Assembly: GCA_036172245.1 (NCBI GenBank)
Contig: JAYWIR010000012.1
Span: 1,984,001 to 2,048,000, forward strand
Length of the DNA: 64,000 nucleotides
DNA from: Raillietiella orientalis
Lineage: Eukaryota
Reading direction: 5' to 3'
Shown here: positions 22,787-39,000 of the stretch, in pieces
Numbering within the stretch: the stretch's first letter is position 1
How the letters are laid out: each line of letters begins with the position of its first letter
Position numbers and translations under genes: made by a program
The notes under the pieces: generated by a model
What the model was told of the DNA's origin: nothing
Databases searched by the model: none
Seen by the model: only the letters and a program-made list of their open reading frames with translations

Positions 22787-25700
22787 TTTTGTTTTTAAAT
22801 ATGAATTGAATTCCAAAACTGAAATAAATGTTTCTTCCTAGTCCTTGTCATCGCAGTTGTTCACTATTTATATAATTGTTACAAGGACTTGCAATCATAT
22901 CGATTAGCAAGTGTCAGGAGGCTCGTCCTGGAAGACTCGCCTGAGCAAGAGCAATAACACCACAGTGCCTTCATAAGCAACCATGTAACGCCACCTGAAA
23001 AAAAAATCTTTTGTCCCGCCAGATTAGTGTGTGCGAAAAGAAATGCCAAATAATAGCGCAAGCCATTCCACCTTCATAAATATATTTCACGCAGCCGCTC
23101 TGAACTGAAAAACAAATAAATGAAATTCATGCTGAAATATAATTGCTATAGCATGCAAAAGAGAAAATAGTTTCGTCAAGCTTTTCAACATTTTTATTCA
23201 TGAAATAGTTTTACACTGATCCTAGAGAGAGAAAAAAGGAGAAAGCAAACTTCATCATTACCACATGTGGACTTCGGAAAACCTAGTCTTATGTATCATG
23301 ATTTTCTCTAGGAGATGCATCAACATGATCCTACCTAATGCTCTTGAACTTTTTTAAGGGGAAAGTTCTATGGAAAGAATTCCTGAAAAAACTTGTAAAT
23401 CTAAAAACAAATGTTACTGCTCCAAGTGTTCATGAATGCTCATACAAAATCTTAAATTCTTTAACTCTGTTGTCTTTATATGCTTCATAACAAAGAGTAA
23501 AAAATGTACTATAAGCTCTTTAAAAGTACAAGGAATAAAGAAAACGCAATGAATATCAGTGGTAAGTAGTATATTAGCAATTTTTGTGCTTTCACTTATA
23601 CAAAAGATATGAGCGGAACCGGGGAAATCGAAGTCTCTGAAGGATGCTCTTAATTTACAAGCGCTTGTGATTGGAAATATCAAAAAGTGAAAAAGACATT
23701 TCATAATATACACACTCTCAAGAATATACGTGAAAATCATACTGAAAAACACTACTAATGTATAATTCCCTTGGAGATATGTGTACGCTGGTTTGAAAGT
23801 TGGATCCCAAATTCAGTTTTCTAAATTTAAGCATGACAAATTAAAACCGATTCGAAGACTTTATTTTGTATTTTCCTTTCCCTTTTTATTGTCTCTTACA
23901 TTTCAAAACCTTGTTACTGTTTTGTTTGGTATATCCGATAAAAGTCGATTTTTCTTTTCAATAGGATAAATATTTTGCCAGTTTAAGAGCTGTTCGCGTT
24001 TTCAAGATTTTTTTCAGATGATAGGAATGATCTTGTCACATATTTAATCCTCTCAGGAAGAATTAAACTTTCTCGATTCTCCTTTAGAATACATAGATAA
24101 ATCTTTTTCTATGAGCAAGCAACAAAATATTTAAAATGAGTACAGTACCGTAGCCAAATATCTAACTGCAGATTCGTCTTTCTAGTGCAACATTTATCGC
24201 AAAGCTTAAAAAAACATGATATCAATCCAAGTTTCACAGTTGCAATGGCAGATTAATAATGAATCATACAGATTTAATGGATTCACAAGAAGAAGAAATG
24301 AAACTGAGATTTAAAAGCATTCCTCCAAATGGGCACAAGATTAGCTCTATGAAATCGTTCAGTAGTAAAATTAGATGCTATAACTGTCTGTACACAAAAC
24401 TTGACCTCACATAGTTTCAAGTTCTCCTCTTCCCAGACTTGATTTCAAACAAGAAAAGAAACTAGATATACAAAATACTCCCAATGCTTTTTTATTGTTC
24501 AAGGATGTGAAAAAAAGATATGAAGATAATTATTGAACCAATTAATGAGATTAAGAGATCAGCCAAAAGAAATATCTCTCAAGAAAATTAGAATGATTTT
24601 AAAACAGGGATATAATACTGCACATTTCGGATGTCTAATTTCTTTCAGGAAGGAAAACTTTGGACAAATTTAACACTAGCTTGTGCTAAAATTATCATTC
24701 TTTCTCTTGGAAAAATGATAATAGTAATTATTCCCTGATAAGTTTCATATTCTCATATGGTATCTTATAATTTCTTAATGGAAAAATCTTAAGGCACAGA
24801 ATTGAATTTCAGAAAGCGTTGCTTTCCTGTCGTAAAAAGCTGTCAGCGAGCACCACAGGGGTCCTCATTAAGTCTGAATAGAAGCGCACAAAACAAAAGT
24901 GGTTGCCCGGAATTCGGAAACTCAGATAGTGAAAACTATGAAAAGATCTGTACTTCCTCTCTGCGGACAATGTAGGAAAATCGTAATACAATGTATAGAA
25001 AAATGAATTGATACTAACTGAAGTTTCTTAATCACGGTTCAAACACTTTTGAACTTGAAGTGCAATGGCTAAGGAAATTAAGGCAATGCAATCCTATTGG
25101 CACGTGTACTCTGAAGGAGAAGAGCAAAATGTTTTTTAACAAAACAAGTGTACTTTTGAATATAATGATCTCAATGTTATAGGCATAAAAACGTTTTCAT
25201 GTTGTTTATTTTTGACAAAAAAATTCCAATGATTATATGTAAAAGAGAAACTTTTTTTTGAGGGTTTGTTGTTTCCTAAAGTTCAAGATTTACGCATGTC
25301 ATTCTTTTTTTTCGAAATTCTGCATACCTCTCTTGAAGATTGGCAAGCTTTGAATGAAAATTATAAGGGAACAAAACAGGGATTTATATGTTTTACTATA
25401 TACTTACAAATGCAAGATTACCTAACGAAAGCATCAAATTTTGGCAGATTATCTTTTCTAGGAATTAACAGTCAATGAATGATACTGTGCTGAGTCTGTA
25501 AGAATGTATTTGTAGCTTGCAGGGACAAAATATTGTTTTACATAATTATACTTTCACATAGGTTATGAGATGAGTTTAGTAGTCTGAATATTAATGTTAA
25601 TTCCACTTGAAAGATGAATACATTCTTTAATGAAAAGTGAAGGTAATTCATAATGTGCAACATGCAAATTATGCGTTTTTATCATTCCAAATTTTTACAT

Positions 25701-27040
25701 TGCTTTCCGTTCACTATTTTTGAAGCTTTCTAAATAATTGTTTACAATTGGAAATTACTAGCATAATCATACTTCAGGTTGATTGAGAACTGCGAAACAG
25801 TTCTTAATTAGCGAACCATCTTTATTTAAATTATTTTTTTTTTACCTAAGCAATGGATATGAGGTGATCTTTCGAAAAGAATTTCTATTCTCATTGTGTT
25901 CTGAAAGCATTAAAAGCAATGTTCATGATTACAGACTTTCGTTTCAAGTGACATTCAGAAAGTGCTTTTCAAAAAATGTGAAAAATGTGTCAAGTCTGCA
26001 TAGTTCCTTGAGAATTGTCAGCGATAACTGAAGATCATAGAAGGTTCAGAGCTTCGTAAAAAAATTTCAATTCTAATATTTAGTCATTAGCGAAACAAGT
26101 ATAGTAAGCAATCTTGATTGAGAGTGACCAACAACCCTCGTTTTTTTAATTTCAGAGTTATTTTATATATAATTATATCATCAATAAATGTTTATATATA
26201 TATATGTATACGTATGATTGATTGCTAATCTCTTCGGCTTTATTATTTTTTTATTATTGGAAAAATTAAGTGAATTAATCAGAGTGTATGATTTCGCAGA
26301 ATATTATATAATTGTTTTCTGTCTTATTAGTTTCTGTCTAACGCTGTAGTAATGTTTTTCTCTGAAACAAATCTTAATCTTGATATAATAGGCAGTAATT
26401 TTTTTTTAGTTCTCAATATTCCGAATGGTTTTGCGTCGTATGAGTCAATTAAGAACGAGCAAGTCCCCAGTAAATGCTGGCAGTCTTGATGCTGGCTAAC
26501 CCGAGGTTTTTGAAGTCCTGGTAACGAAACCAGGAATGCAGCAGAATATGACCATTCAACTCAGCATGCGGTGATGCAAGGCTAATTTTCATTTTTCAGT
26601 CTGTTAAGCGGTTTGAACATTCAAATATAATGTCCCCAAATATGCTTTTGTTGGCAGTTAACTTCATAGCCATGTTACCTTTTCCGGGTACATATGCTAT
26701 AGCGGTGTAGATCTGACCAAGCAATTTTGATATCTTAAGCACGTCTTAGGTTCTGCGTCTATTATGAAAATAAAATTGATAAATCAGGTGCACAACCAAT
26801 CAGCTTTCGAAGAATGAATGACAGCTAAGCCAACTGGTATTTCTGGGAACTTTCAATGAAGGCAAACAAGCATTTAAGTGTGATATCTGTTTGCAAAAAC
26901 AATAATGGGAAGGTTATGTGGATTAGCGCCCAAATGCAGGTCTATGTCAACAATTATGCGTGCCTGTAAACACAGAAACCATAAGTTAATCCCTGGTTTC
27001 ACATATTGAGGAACTAGTACTTGCCCTGTTCGATTGTACT

Positions 27041-30000
27041 ATGGATTCCTTTCCTGTCTATGAACTGTCATCAGTAATGCATTTAGAAGACCAAGAAATT
27101 GTCAACTCGTCATGTATAGCTGATAGAAACCAAATAGTTTTGGTTTTATTGATTAGGTACTATATGAATGAAGTGGTGAATATGATGGCAAAAATCTAAA
27201 ATTTTGTAAATACTCAATGACATTGTCCATTAAATTATTGGTAATATCAAATAATTTTTGCAAGATAACATTATGCATGAGATAAGACAAAGTTTATGAA
27301 AACTGGACCAATAGTCAAAGATCATTTTTATATCTGCACCATTTAACATTAATTCCATCGAAAAGCTTCGAAAGAATTGGTTCAAATGAATGCAATTGCT
27401 ATTTGGAGTTATGATTTGTGTTTTTGGTGATATCTGAATGTCTTGGGAAACTCGTGTTGATCAAATATCCTTAAAACCATCGGAACAAATTACTTTCAAA
27501 TATTATTTTCAAAGTTTCCTTTTAGTTCGGGAGATCTAGTGATTTACCATCAAGATGTGATCCAGACTCAGTCAGCTGTAATTCCATGGTGCTTGAGTCC
27601 TGGGAAAAAAATCTGCAAACTATCTGTTTCTCCAAGTGGAAAATGGCTTCTTGCAATTAGTATGTTGAATCTTCAGTTTACCATGTATTTCTTTGCTTTT
27701 AATACAAATGTATTTGCAGTGTGATACTAAATTAAATGCAAATAGAGGTGGCAATATAGTAAAAGAAAATTCATTAACTGGATAAATTCGTGTCCAACAA
27801 ATATCACCATATCATGATTGAAATGCTATCATAATGATTGACCATTGGATCATATAGTTGATATACTTGCATTTCATAAAACATCACCGCTTATAAAGAT
27901 TATGGACTAGCAACATACTTGAGAAGGATGATTAAATTTTATAAATTTGTTTCTGTATAATGTTACATACTGGTCATGAATCCAGGACATGAATGCATTA
28001 GACAATTATAATGTATTGTAGATGATGTCTACTCTTGAATATCTCAATCCTTTGCCTCATGATTGTTCGTCCTCATTGCTTCCATTTTTCAAAATGTTAA
28101 TTGGGCTGTTATATTAACAATACTTTACTTAATGAAATAGTGTTCATAATCTTTAGCGTCAGTCTGTATGATTAAATTGTTTTTGAATCTTTCTTGTCAA
28201 ATTCAGAAACAGAAATACATACTATTTTATTATATGTTAATTTTTTTAAGTGTTGCTGTAGTTTGTTATCTGCATACATACACATACATACATATGTACG
28301 TACATACAAGCATATACATAGGATAGCATTTATGTCATATATGCATTGAATCTAGTAAGCATCAGTTTTTGGATCTAAGCAGACTTACATATTTTATCAA
28401 AAATTGTAGCACCTTTCATGTGCAAATATGGCAAGCATATATGATGTTCCAATGTCTACTATTTATAAACCTGCACATTAAGGTGTTATTATTTATATCA
28501 GCTACTGCATTTTGGAGAAAATTGAGAGGAATCTGTATTTGAGTTTAGGTGTATTACATTGGTATGTGGTCTTGGTATTACATTTTTCATGTGTTTTCAT
28601 TTACAGCATTCAAGTTATCATCATAAGTTAGAATCCAAAGTATTGAGAACTCAGAGATTTGCAAGCATTCTGATAGAAATTTGCAAGTTCAAAGACCATG
28701 GGGAATTAAGATTTGTACTTTTAATTAGACTGTTTTCATTCTTCATTTACTTTGCAAATAGTCTGATGGCTCTTTCAGTCCTCTTGTTATCCACCAACCT
28801 TCTGACCACATTCTGATTAATGTTTATATTTGTCTTTGCGCCATTTTTACATTTTCTTGCTTGGCTATCATTGTTAGAAAGTTAAAGCATGCACAAATGA
28901 AGCTTGAAAGCTTATCTTGATGTAGGTCCTCCAAATCTGATCTTTATCATGAATTGTTTTGAATGAATAATGATAACCATAAAGTCTTTGAGAAACACTT
29001 TGGACTACAGATTCCAAATTAGCTTATAGTTCATACATTAATGGATCTTATTTACATTAAATACATAACCTAAGAAAACAAATATTTTGATTCTATATTG
29101 TCTGTATAGCATTGATAGTGATAGAGCTTCGAATATGTGTATGAAATTCATTAATTTAAAAAGTTAAGAAAGTGCTGTGGGAGCTACAACATTCACTACA
29201 AAATGCAGAGAAATGTTTATAATTTTTTTATCAAATTTGTGTTTTGTTTCCGTAGCTGCAGATTTCAGTCTACTTATACTTCCATTGCTAAAACAATTCA
29301 GTGTACATTATAAGGATGCTAAATGGAGTGAAGAGGATGTAACCACAGTGCTGACTGGTATTCATTATAATTTTTATTTGCACCTGTATAAATTTATTGT
29401 ACTTATTTCATTTTTCAACATTTGTTTTGAATTGTTGTTTGATAAGACTTGAAAGCAAACAATGTTGTCCTAAAAAGTAAAAAATTGAAACTTGCACATA
29501 AACCATGCTTTTTTAACATTAACCGAATTATAAAGATGAAAGTTTATTCTCTCAAAACTTATTTACTTTCACAAACGATTTTTCGTCATTAGATCTTAGA
29601 CTAACTCAGTGTTTCTTTATGTTTAATTAATTTTGTAGGTAGCTACGTGATGTTTAAATCTTAAATTGCACTTTTTTAGAATTTCGAGACACGGTTCCTA
29701 ATTGCTTAGAATGGTGGGAAGTCACCCAAACTATGGTTTTTGGTGCAATCGGAACAGATGAAGGTGAACTTATTCTTGTTGATCTAATAAATCAAGAAGA
29801 GATCGATAGTATTTTGTTTAATGAACCAATAACACAGATTCAAACTTTAAATGATGTCAAACTGTGTATTTCAGTCATAATGGTATAAAATTAATATCAT
29901 GTAACCAGTTTTTATATTTGATAATTTAGATGCTTTCTGGTAATAATTCGTTATGGAAAATAATCTATAAAAGTAATCATTTGGTAAGCATCTCAGAAAT

Positions 30001-33000
30001 ACTGTATGATGAAATAGAAAAGAAGTTAATAATGGTTGAAAAGAGGTCAGAGACAGATTATTCAGATTATAATCATGAATCCCATTCTGATGTACAAACT
30101 GACTCAAGCACCAAACATATGCAAAATAGGCTTTTGGTTGATGCCAATCTTAAAGGTAATTTAGTAAAATCAGTGACTTTGAAATTACTGCAGTATTGTA
30201 TTGTCAGATAGGATTCAGTACGTAATACATGAAAATTGTTGAAATAGTATTTTGTTACATCTGTTTCATGTTTTTATGTATTTTTCCATCATTTGTCCGC
30301 TCATGTTAACTATCAAAAAATATTCAATCTGGAAGGGAAAGCAGTGGAGCATGTAGTCCATATTTGAAACCAAACAAAGTATGAATGAAGCATAATGTAT
30401 TTTTCAAACTACACACAGCGTGTAAGCAGCTTTTTGGATGTGTTACAATAATGATTTCAAAACTTATGACCACTGCTTCTGGAAATAACTTCATGTTAAT
30501 CTTTGAATCAAAGAGAAAGCTAAAAAGGTCGATTTCTATAATTGTTGATGAGATAATTTTGGTGATCGCTGTTTAAATCTATCTTAAATTATTGGCATTT
30601 AAACATGTTTAAAGTTTGAGATTCGGAAAAATTTCACTGTGGAAATTTATTAATAAAATACGTCTGTTGAACAGTTCCTTTGCCCCAGGGTGTAAATATT
30701 TTGTTTTCAGTCTCTTCTTTATTACTCATTAGTTTCATATTTCTGTTTTTATTTACAGCCAATGAAATTCCTAAAGAATGTTTTGTGCAAAAACTTTTTG
30801 AAGACTTTTCTTTGATAGCAAAATAGGAAAAAAGCATTCATTAACAGGAACACAGCTTCCTTCAGTGTTTCATTCACTTCCTACTAAGAAACCCTACTAC
30901 TCAAAATAAAAATAAAAATCTACTCATATAAACCACATAAATTTCAAATGCCTTTCACTAAATAAAATATTCTATTAAACTAACTTCATCTCTTTTTAAT
31001 AAATTTAAAATTCATCTAGTAAACATTAAAATTCCCATTTCATCTAGGGTTAATGAAGTCGTGAGACATAGATGCAATCAACAGAAAGACTTGAAATAAT
31101 ACGCAGTAGCATTTTCATTACTTTATTTTGAGGCTTAGAAAGATTAAATCAAAAAATACTTTCATTAAGTCTTGGAAAAAAGTTGATGCTGTTTTTGAAT
31201 GAAATTGACCCTAAGTTGAGAAAAATGCAGTTACCATTAACATCAACTTATTGCTAGATTCCAACTGATTGTTTATTTTGTACATGCTAACTAATTGATA
31301 CTTTTGTTTAGAACAGCATTTACAAATAATTAATTTGGAGGATTAATTTGCTCATTTCTCTTCAGCAGTGTGATTTAAACTCATTTTTCATTATTTGTAT
31401 TACATTTACATTATTGTATCATAATACAGTAATCAGTATATCCATGAAGGAAGGAACTTGGATATTTGACACGAGCACATTTTCATTTCTGTTAAATTAT
31501 GTAGCACATGAAAGAAAATGAAGCAAATTTAATTTCAGATTTGGAAATTGTTTCAGAAACGTCAAACACCAACAGTTGTTCTTTGCTATCAAAAGTGAAG
31601 ATATATTTTATAACTAATGGGCCTGCTCTAGCTATTCATGATAAAGTAAATAATGTCATGATAACATATTTTTATAAGGTAAGTGCACAAAATTGGTCTT
31701 TTTTCAATTTTGAAAATCTTTTGGAAGTATTGGAATCAATCACTGTTTAAGAAAACCTGCATTATTATTTTTCACTGTAAATTATGGAAGGTGATTAAAA
31801 TGAGAAGATTCAGAAGAAAATTAAATGACCCACAAAACAATTAAAACAGTTTATTGACAGTCAGTTTTCATATAATTCTGTAATTTACATTAGATCAGTT
31901 ATGAAAAGTTTTCCATATTTCCTTCATTTCAGGAAATGCTTTTGGCTACCTTAACTGGCATTATTTTATCTATAATGTTACAAACTCTTGCATTTTAAGG
32001 CACATGTGTTTAAATCTGTATTCACTTGTTCTTTAAAGAGAGACTTTATTGTAAAGCAGAATTTTGTGTTTTTTGCCAGGAAGGGAAAAAAATATAGATG
32101 TGTATCTATGTATTGAGGTTATCATTGTCATTTAGTAACTTAGTGTGCATCAACTTAATTTCTTATAATGAAATATTAGGAGAAAAGAGAAAAAAAGATT
32201 TATCAAGTCCTTTGCTTTTGCTGCATGTGGTCAGTCACTTGAATCTCCAGGATTTCAAGCAGTTTTGTTTTGTGATTGTGTAAAGAGCTGTTAATAATTG
32301 ATATAAGGAGCATAACTGTTCCTTTGATTCTGCAGTCTGCAGATTGAACATCTCCGATAACATATTTCATAATTCAGTTAAATTGTATGAATGCTCTTTA
32401 AACTAAAAAAAAAAAGGTACAGAAAACTGATTAACCATAATGGTAATATTTGTTAACTATGAAAACCATTTACTGACCATGTGCTCTATGCTTTTTGGTA
32501 AGAGATAGTATTTTGAGTAAACTGGTAATCTTGCAGCCAGATTGTATGACACCAATTCTATTGAACTTGAAATTATTTGGAATTACATTTTTTTACTTTG
32601 ACCTATCAAACCTGTTTTCTAAGCTGTTCAACAGGAATAATGATTTGCAATCCTTTTTTTTTTTATGTCTTCATTTGTCTCATTGCATATTTTTGTGCAT
32701 GTGTGATGTGTGTGTTTTTGTTTTTAAAGGTCAGTAGTGACCTCATGAGAAGATCACTCCTATTTGCCTAGGAAATGGAAATCCTTTTGGGGTTGCTAAG
32801 ATACTCAAGAACAAGCTCTTTTAGAAATGTCCCTTGAGGATGTCATTTCATAAGATCTGCCCGAAGTTTGATGCCATATGCACAATAAATTTTTATTTCT
32901 AACACAAAGACAATGAATTTTCATGTTTGGACTTCATATTGACACAATTGTGTGAAAGAATTTGAATACTTCAGCATTTTTTTTGATCATTTTCTTATGT

Positions 33001-36000
33001 ACTGCTTTGGTGTTGTTTTCGTTTTTGTTTTTGAGTTTACTAACGTTTATTCAAATTATTTAGACACAATTATTCACTTTTAATTTGTTTTCATTTTCAG
33101 CAAGATCTCTTTTCAATGAGCACATTTCCAAATGTACCATATAGTTGAATTTGGCAAACTCTTTGACAGATGCACACTGTTTGAACTGTTTGAATTCATT
33201 TTACCTATTATAAGTTTTGCTATTACATTGTAGCGTATTTCAGTGATCGTTGTTTATTTTACCAACAAAAAGTGGCATATATTGACATCGTGAGAGCTGA
33301 CCTTTATTGTATGATTTCCAATCAGAACTTGAGTTCTGTGCATGCAAAAAAATTCCTAGTGTTCATGCATTCAGCGTAGTTTCATATTTGAACATAGAAA
33401 GTCAATTAAAGCATATTGCCTTTACAAGGATTCAGGTTGTTCAACACCATGAATATCTAATTTGAATTAAGTTTTGATTATGATGGTATTACTGTATTTC
33501 AATAAGTTAGGATTTTTTTTTTTTTTGAACAATTCCTAGCAATTTTTTATTCTTTTGCTTAAAGTTTTCTAGTTCAAACATGGCCATCGAAGTTGAACAT
33601 TATTATGGTCTTTCAAATGTATATGATGTAATTCTTGTTGCTCACACCGTGATCTATGGCTTTGAAAATAGTGAGTCCAAATTGCAAATTATTTCAAAAA
33701 GCTTAAGTGGACTGCTCATGCAACAGGAATCTTTGCTCAAACAGGTTCGTATATTTTTCAAAAAATTTCTATTCATTGTATTTCAGTTTTTTATTATTTT
33801 TGTTTTTTTACAAATTATTCAATGCTAGTTACAAAATCTCTATAATTTCGTGAACATTATCTTTCAGAAAACTTCGGATTCTTGCATCATTCAAACATTA
33901 AACGTTCCTTCAAAGGAAAAAGTCTTGAGTATATTTTTGACCCATAATTTGAAGACTCCAACGCTTTTGTTGGATGTAAATGCTGACATGCAATCCCAAA
34001 CGAGTTCCTTATCATCTTATCATAATGAGAAACGTATCATTCAAGGAAATCGGTTGGAGCCAGAAAGATCTGGACACTTTGGTTATGTAGATGAATGCAT
34101 AATAATAACAAAAAAAAACATACATCTCTGCACAGTTAGGTATGATGTACAATTTTGTAGAAAATTTCAGCAGTAATTTTTAAGTAGGCTTTGATCACTA
34201 TTTTCACTAATAATGGTTCTGTTCAGAGCATGAATTGCCAAGAATTAAGAATAATGTGTTAATTCTTAAATAATCTTTATTGATAAGTCGCATTAATTCA
34301 TAAAGTTTTTTTTTTCTTGTGACTCACCCTGAAAATTGCTTTCTTGTATATAACTTGAAGCAAATTAGAGTTCTTCATCATAATTACCATTACACATAAA
34401 TGAAATGAAATGCTTGTAAGTGGATCTCATTTAATCTTTTAATCTCATTTTATCGAAAAGCGGGATTAATAAATTATCAGGATGCTCGAAAGAATGGAAA
34501 CTTATATGTTAAAAGAAAAGTTTTTTAATATAATAATTTAAAAGAAAAATCTCAGATCAAAATTGCTTTGAGGAAGATGCAAGCTTCTACTCATTTGCAA
34601 TTAATGTGTAAATAATGAATGCATTAATTTAAAGAATCGTAAATACATTTATCAAGTATTATTAATGCATGCTAAGAGGTGACAATTAAAATTTCCTGTT
34701 TTCAAATTAGTGTTCCTTTGGATAAACTGTATCTGCTTTTGTGTGGACAGAGGAAGACATTTCATATTGCCCAACAAATGGCTTTAACATTTGGTGTAGA
34801 CACAAAGAAATTAAATGAACTTGCAGTAGACACTCTGTTGTCATGTACCAACATAGGGGAAGCACTCCGCCTACTCCATGATTCGAACGTAATTGTCTTG
34901 TTTTTTAAAAAAAAAAGTGTGCTAATTTCTTTTCAAAAGGTTAGTATACCACTCATTTTATTTAAGTTGGCTTCACACAAAAAGATGGCAGTCTTAAAAA
35001 AATATTGTACCCTTGTCATGAGAAGTCAGCAGATAAATTCATCAATAAGATTGAAAGAACATTGTGCTACAATATATTTAAATGTCCTACTATATGACAT
35101 CTTGGTGGAAAAAAATTCTAAAAAGCGTATTTCTGAAGAACATTTTAAGTAAGTACTTAAGGAAGCTTTAATAAGGAACTCAATGAGTACTGTTTGCATT
35201 AAATGTAGTTTTACATGACATCCATTCAGTTTCTTACAATGTTCATTAGGTAGCAGTGGGTCTTTATCATCTGCTCTTAATGACCTGTTCTTTAGGAACC
35301 TGTGCAAAATAGTAAACTGATAGGAGATCAAAGAAAACAATCAGTAGCATTTTAATGATTGCATTTTTATTTTGTCCATTACAACATATTTGAAATACAC
35401 TATTTTCTGGTTTCGGGAGTTTTAAAATTGCAAATTATTACACATATATTTATTTATATTGCACATCTAATTAGCACATGTGCTGAGTCTCAATCTGAAA
35501 TATAGCAAAGATGTTACTAACTAATGTTTCTTGAACACCATAAATCCATTAAATCTTTCTTTGTTACTTCATTTTGTGTTTTTGTTATTTGCATATATTT
35601 TTGTGATTTAAAGTAGGGATGAGCACTACTGAAACATTTATGCCTTAATATTAAAATTTATCGATTTTTTGAATACCTAAAGTAATCACTTTATCTATAA
35701 TGGTTTATTGAGAACTGTATTGAAACAAACATCGGTCGTTTCACTTTTGCTGCTGATTCCAAATTGATTTTGAAATTGGCCCAAACCAAAATATTTAGAC
35801 CATAGCTATTGGTTTCTATCTCTGGTTTGCTCTGTGAAAACATTGAGTTTAGTACTAATGATGATCATTTCATCACAGTTACTTAAAGCAGAAACAGTGC
35901 TAAATAATCTCATATTTAACATTTTGTGAAAATAATTCTGTGCATTAGCGCATTTCAAATTTCCCAATTTAAAAGCTCGTCATTTAATTGTAAAGAATTG

Positions 36001-39000
36001 ATTGCTGTTCAGAATGTGCAAAAAACATGATTTATAAACTTTTGCTTTTAGTTCCTATTTAATGAAACAATACAAATATAACCCAGTTGCAGTTGTAAAT
36101 AATATTATTGATTTATACTTTTGGGAAATCGCAGAAATGTCTGTAATGGCTTTAGGATGTCAGATAGAGATTTTAAAAAGATTGATTGAACTTCCAAGTA
36201 AAGTACAGTTTCAACCCAACATTTGGAAACTTTATGAAGGTAGTATGGAAAATAACTCAATTGTAGCATAATTTTTTCAAATAATTCATTTATTTATTTG
36301 AGTTTTACTATTTAGCTGTAGTTAGTTCCGGTTTCACTTTTTCGTTTTATGATAGAATTTAAGATCCTTTTTACGCCTGATTTTTCAAATGTTCTGCATG
36401 CATCATCAATTTTAGTGAGGTTCAGAAAAGGACTTTTCAGCTTTAGGATTGTAATGATTATTTGAGAACTGCAATGCATGCATGTTCATGTAATCTTAAC
36501 CTCCAAATTTGAAGATACTGTTACATTTTTTGTTAATTTGTCTGTAGGTTAAATTTCCATTCTAAAAGAAGCACTCAGTTTCGTATTTTATGAATGTTTT
36601 GTTTTCTAGAAGGGTTTCTGAAATGCCTTTGCAACCCAAATTTGCAATCAGCCCTCATCACACATTCAGATTTGGCATTAAAACATGTTACTTTGGTTGG
36701 GCAGTTTATTCAGCCTATAATGAATAATCATCTATCAAGTTTACTAAAACTTTATGATCCAACACAAATAGAATTTTCTCTTGCTTTAGAGCAGTCAAAA
36801 ATTCATGAGGTACTTTGGAATTAAAATGCAACTACGGAATGCAAACTGCTATTTTAGAATCTTGAAAAAGCTCACCTTTTTGGAATGACGAATCGGTTTG
36901 TTGCTATTCTAACTCATCATGCTTGTCAACTGCGATGTTTTGACCCATGTTTGCTGAGCTGGACTGCTAAAAGAAGAGTAAGCATGCCTTACTTAATTGA
37001 TTATTTCACTTTTGGCAGAATCTTAAAGTGTGTTGTACTAGGCTATCGAATAAGTATATAAGCTGTGGATATTCACATACAGCCTTAATAAAAGACCACA
37101 AGCTCTACATTTGGGGTTCGGGAATTCCAGGATTCCATGGTATAATGCATTTGTTTTTTTTAAAAAAAACGCTTTTTTTTTGTCATTACAGGCAATGGAT
37201 ACTCAAAATTTGAGCATAATCATATACAAGAAGTACTTTTTTTTTCTGTTTTAAGAATTCCTGTTTTTTCTGTTTCGTGTGGAAAGCAGCACACATTAGC
37301 ATTAACACATGTTGGGGTAAGATGTGCTTTCAGTGTTTCATTGATGAAATTAGTAATCAACACTTTCTCTCAAGGTGTTCTCTTGGGGTTGCTCCTATTA
37401 TGGTCAGTTAGGCCTCGGACATAAATTTAAGGAATGCCAACCAAAATTAATATCATTACTGCATAAAGAAGATGTAATACATATTTCATGTGGTCAGTAC
37501 CATTCCCTAGCGATTACTGCAAATGGAAAGTAAGTAATGTGTAAGAAAGTGGGTGGAAGTTTAGAACATAAGTTGTGTATTCTTTCAGTTTATATGCTTT
37601 ATTAGAAAAAGTAAGCTTAAAGTTGTTAAAGCACACCCAAAAGTTCTTAGAAGGGTATTGTTCTTCAATCAAAAAGTAGTCATTTTGTTCATTTCTTCGT
37701 GGAGAATTCGAACATGATGTTGAAATTAAAGTTCACACCTTGTTAGGATTATTTTAAAATCACTTTTGTAGGAAACTCAATATTGCTAATTTTCAGTACA
37801 TTTGCTAACTGGATGCCATTGAGAACATCTTAATGTATCTTTCATTTCGTTCACCTATATCATTGTTAGTTAATAATTATTGGAAAATAATGTTGATGAA
37901 ACAGTTGTCATAGCAATTTTTGCTTTTCTATTTTTGTGTAATCCCAGACATAATGGGTTGCGAGTGGAAAGCTTTATATACAATTTTTTAGATGTAGCAG
38001 TTAATCTTTAATTTCATTAATAATCATCTCGCCTCATCATTTCCAATATGACAATAATTCTCTTCACATTGAATTTGATCATTATTTTAGTTTATGGCAT
38101 TGACGTTACCCACTTTGATTCCCATTTCAAATTAAGCTTTCAGAAGTACTATTTCAGTCAACAGGTATTTGGAGTTGCTAATTTTTCATGAACACCTCTA
38201 AAATTTCCGTTTGTTCCATGAGATCTTAATGTGAAAAGTAAAGCAAAATGTGAGGGTAGTCAAACTGTAGAAGACGAATTCAGCATGTTTGAGATGTATT
38301 CTAGAATATCAGACTAGATGACAAGGCCATACGCCTTGCCAATGGTCCATAATTTTAAACTGAATGAATTATTGAAAAATAGGACTAAAGTTAATCAGAA
38401 AAAGATTTGCAACCCAAAGTTGCATCTATAATATTTTCATAATTCGTTTATATTATCGTTTATATTCGTTTATATCATCTTGAGTATTTCATCTAAAAAT
38501 CGTGTGCATTTGTGTGCAGCATGTATGCACACTTGGTAGATGATTGTAGTATATACACCAATTTATCATGTTTTTACCTTTCCATAGATGTGTGTATGCT
38601 GGCACATTTACTCATCCTCCTATGAATAAGTGCCAAGAAAAGAGAGCAAGAAAATATTGTCTCATCGAGTGCTTGGGTGATTTTGTGTGTGTGTGTTTTA
38701 GGAATTTTTGTGTTGTCATTAAAAGTCAGCTGCATTACTAGTTAATCGCATTACATTCATGAGTAAGCCATTTTTGAAGGAGAGATGAATGTTCAGAAAG
38801 AAATTTTTAAAAGATTAGATCAAGTTGTTGATCGGACTGTACATTTCTTAATTATTTTATATTAGAAGTATAGGAGTAAATAACAGGATCTGTGCATTTG
38901 GAAATGCTACAGTAATTACATATCTCTTGAGGAGTTACAGTTCTTGCTTTGATTGTACTTAATTTTCAATTTTTCTTGAATATCGGTGTTGGGAAACTTG

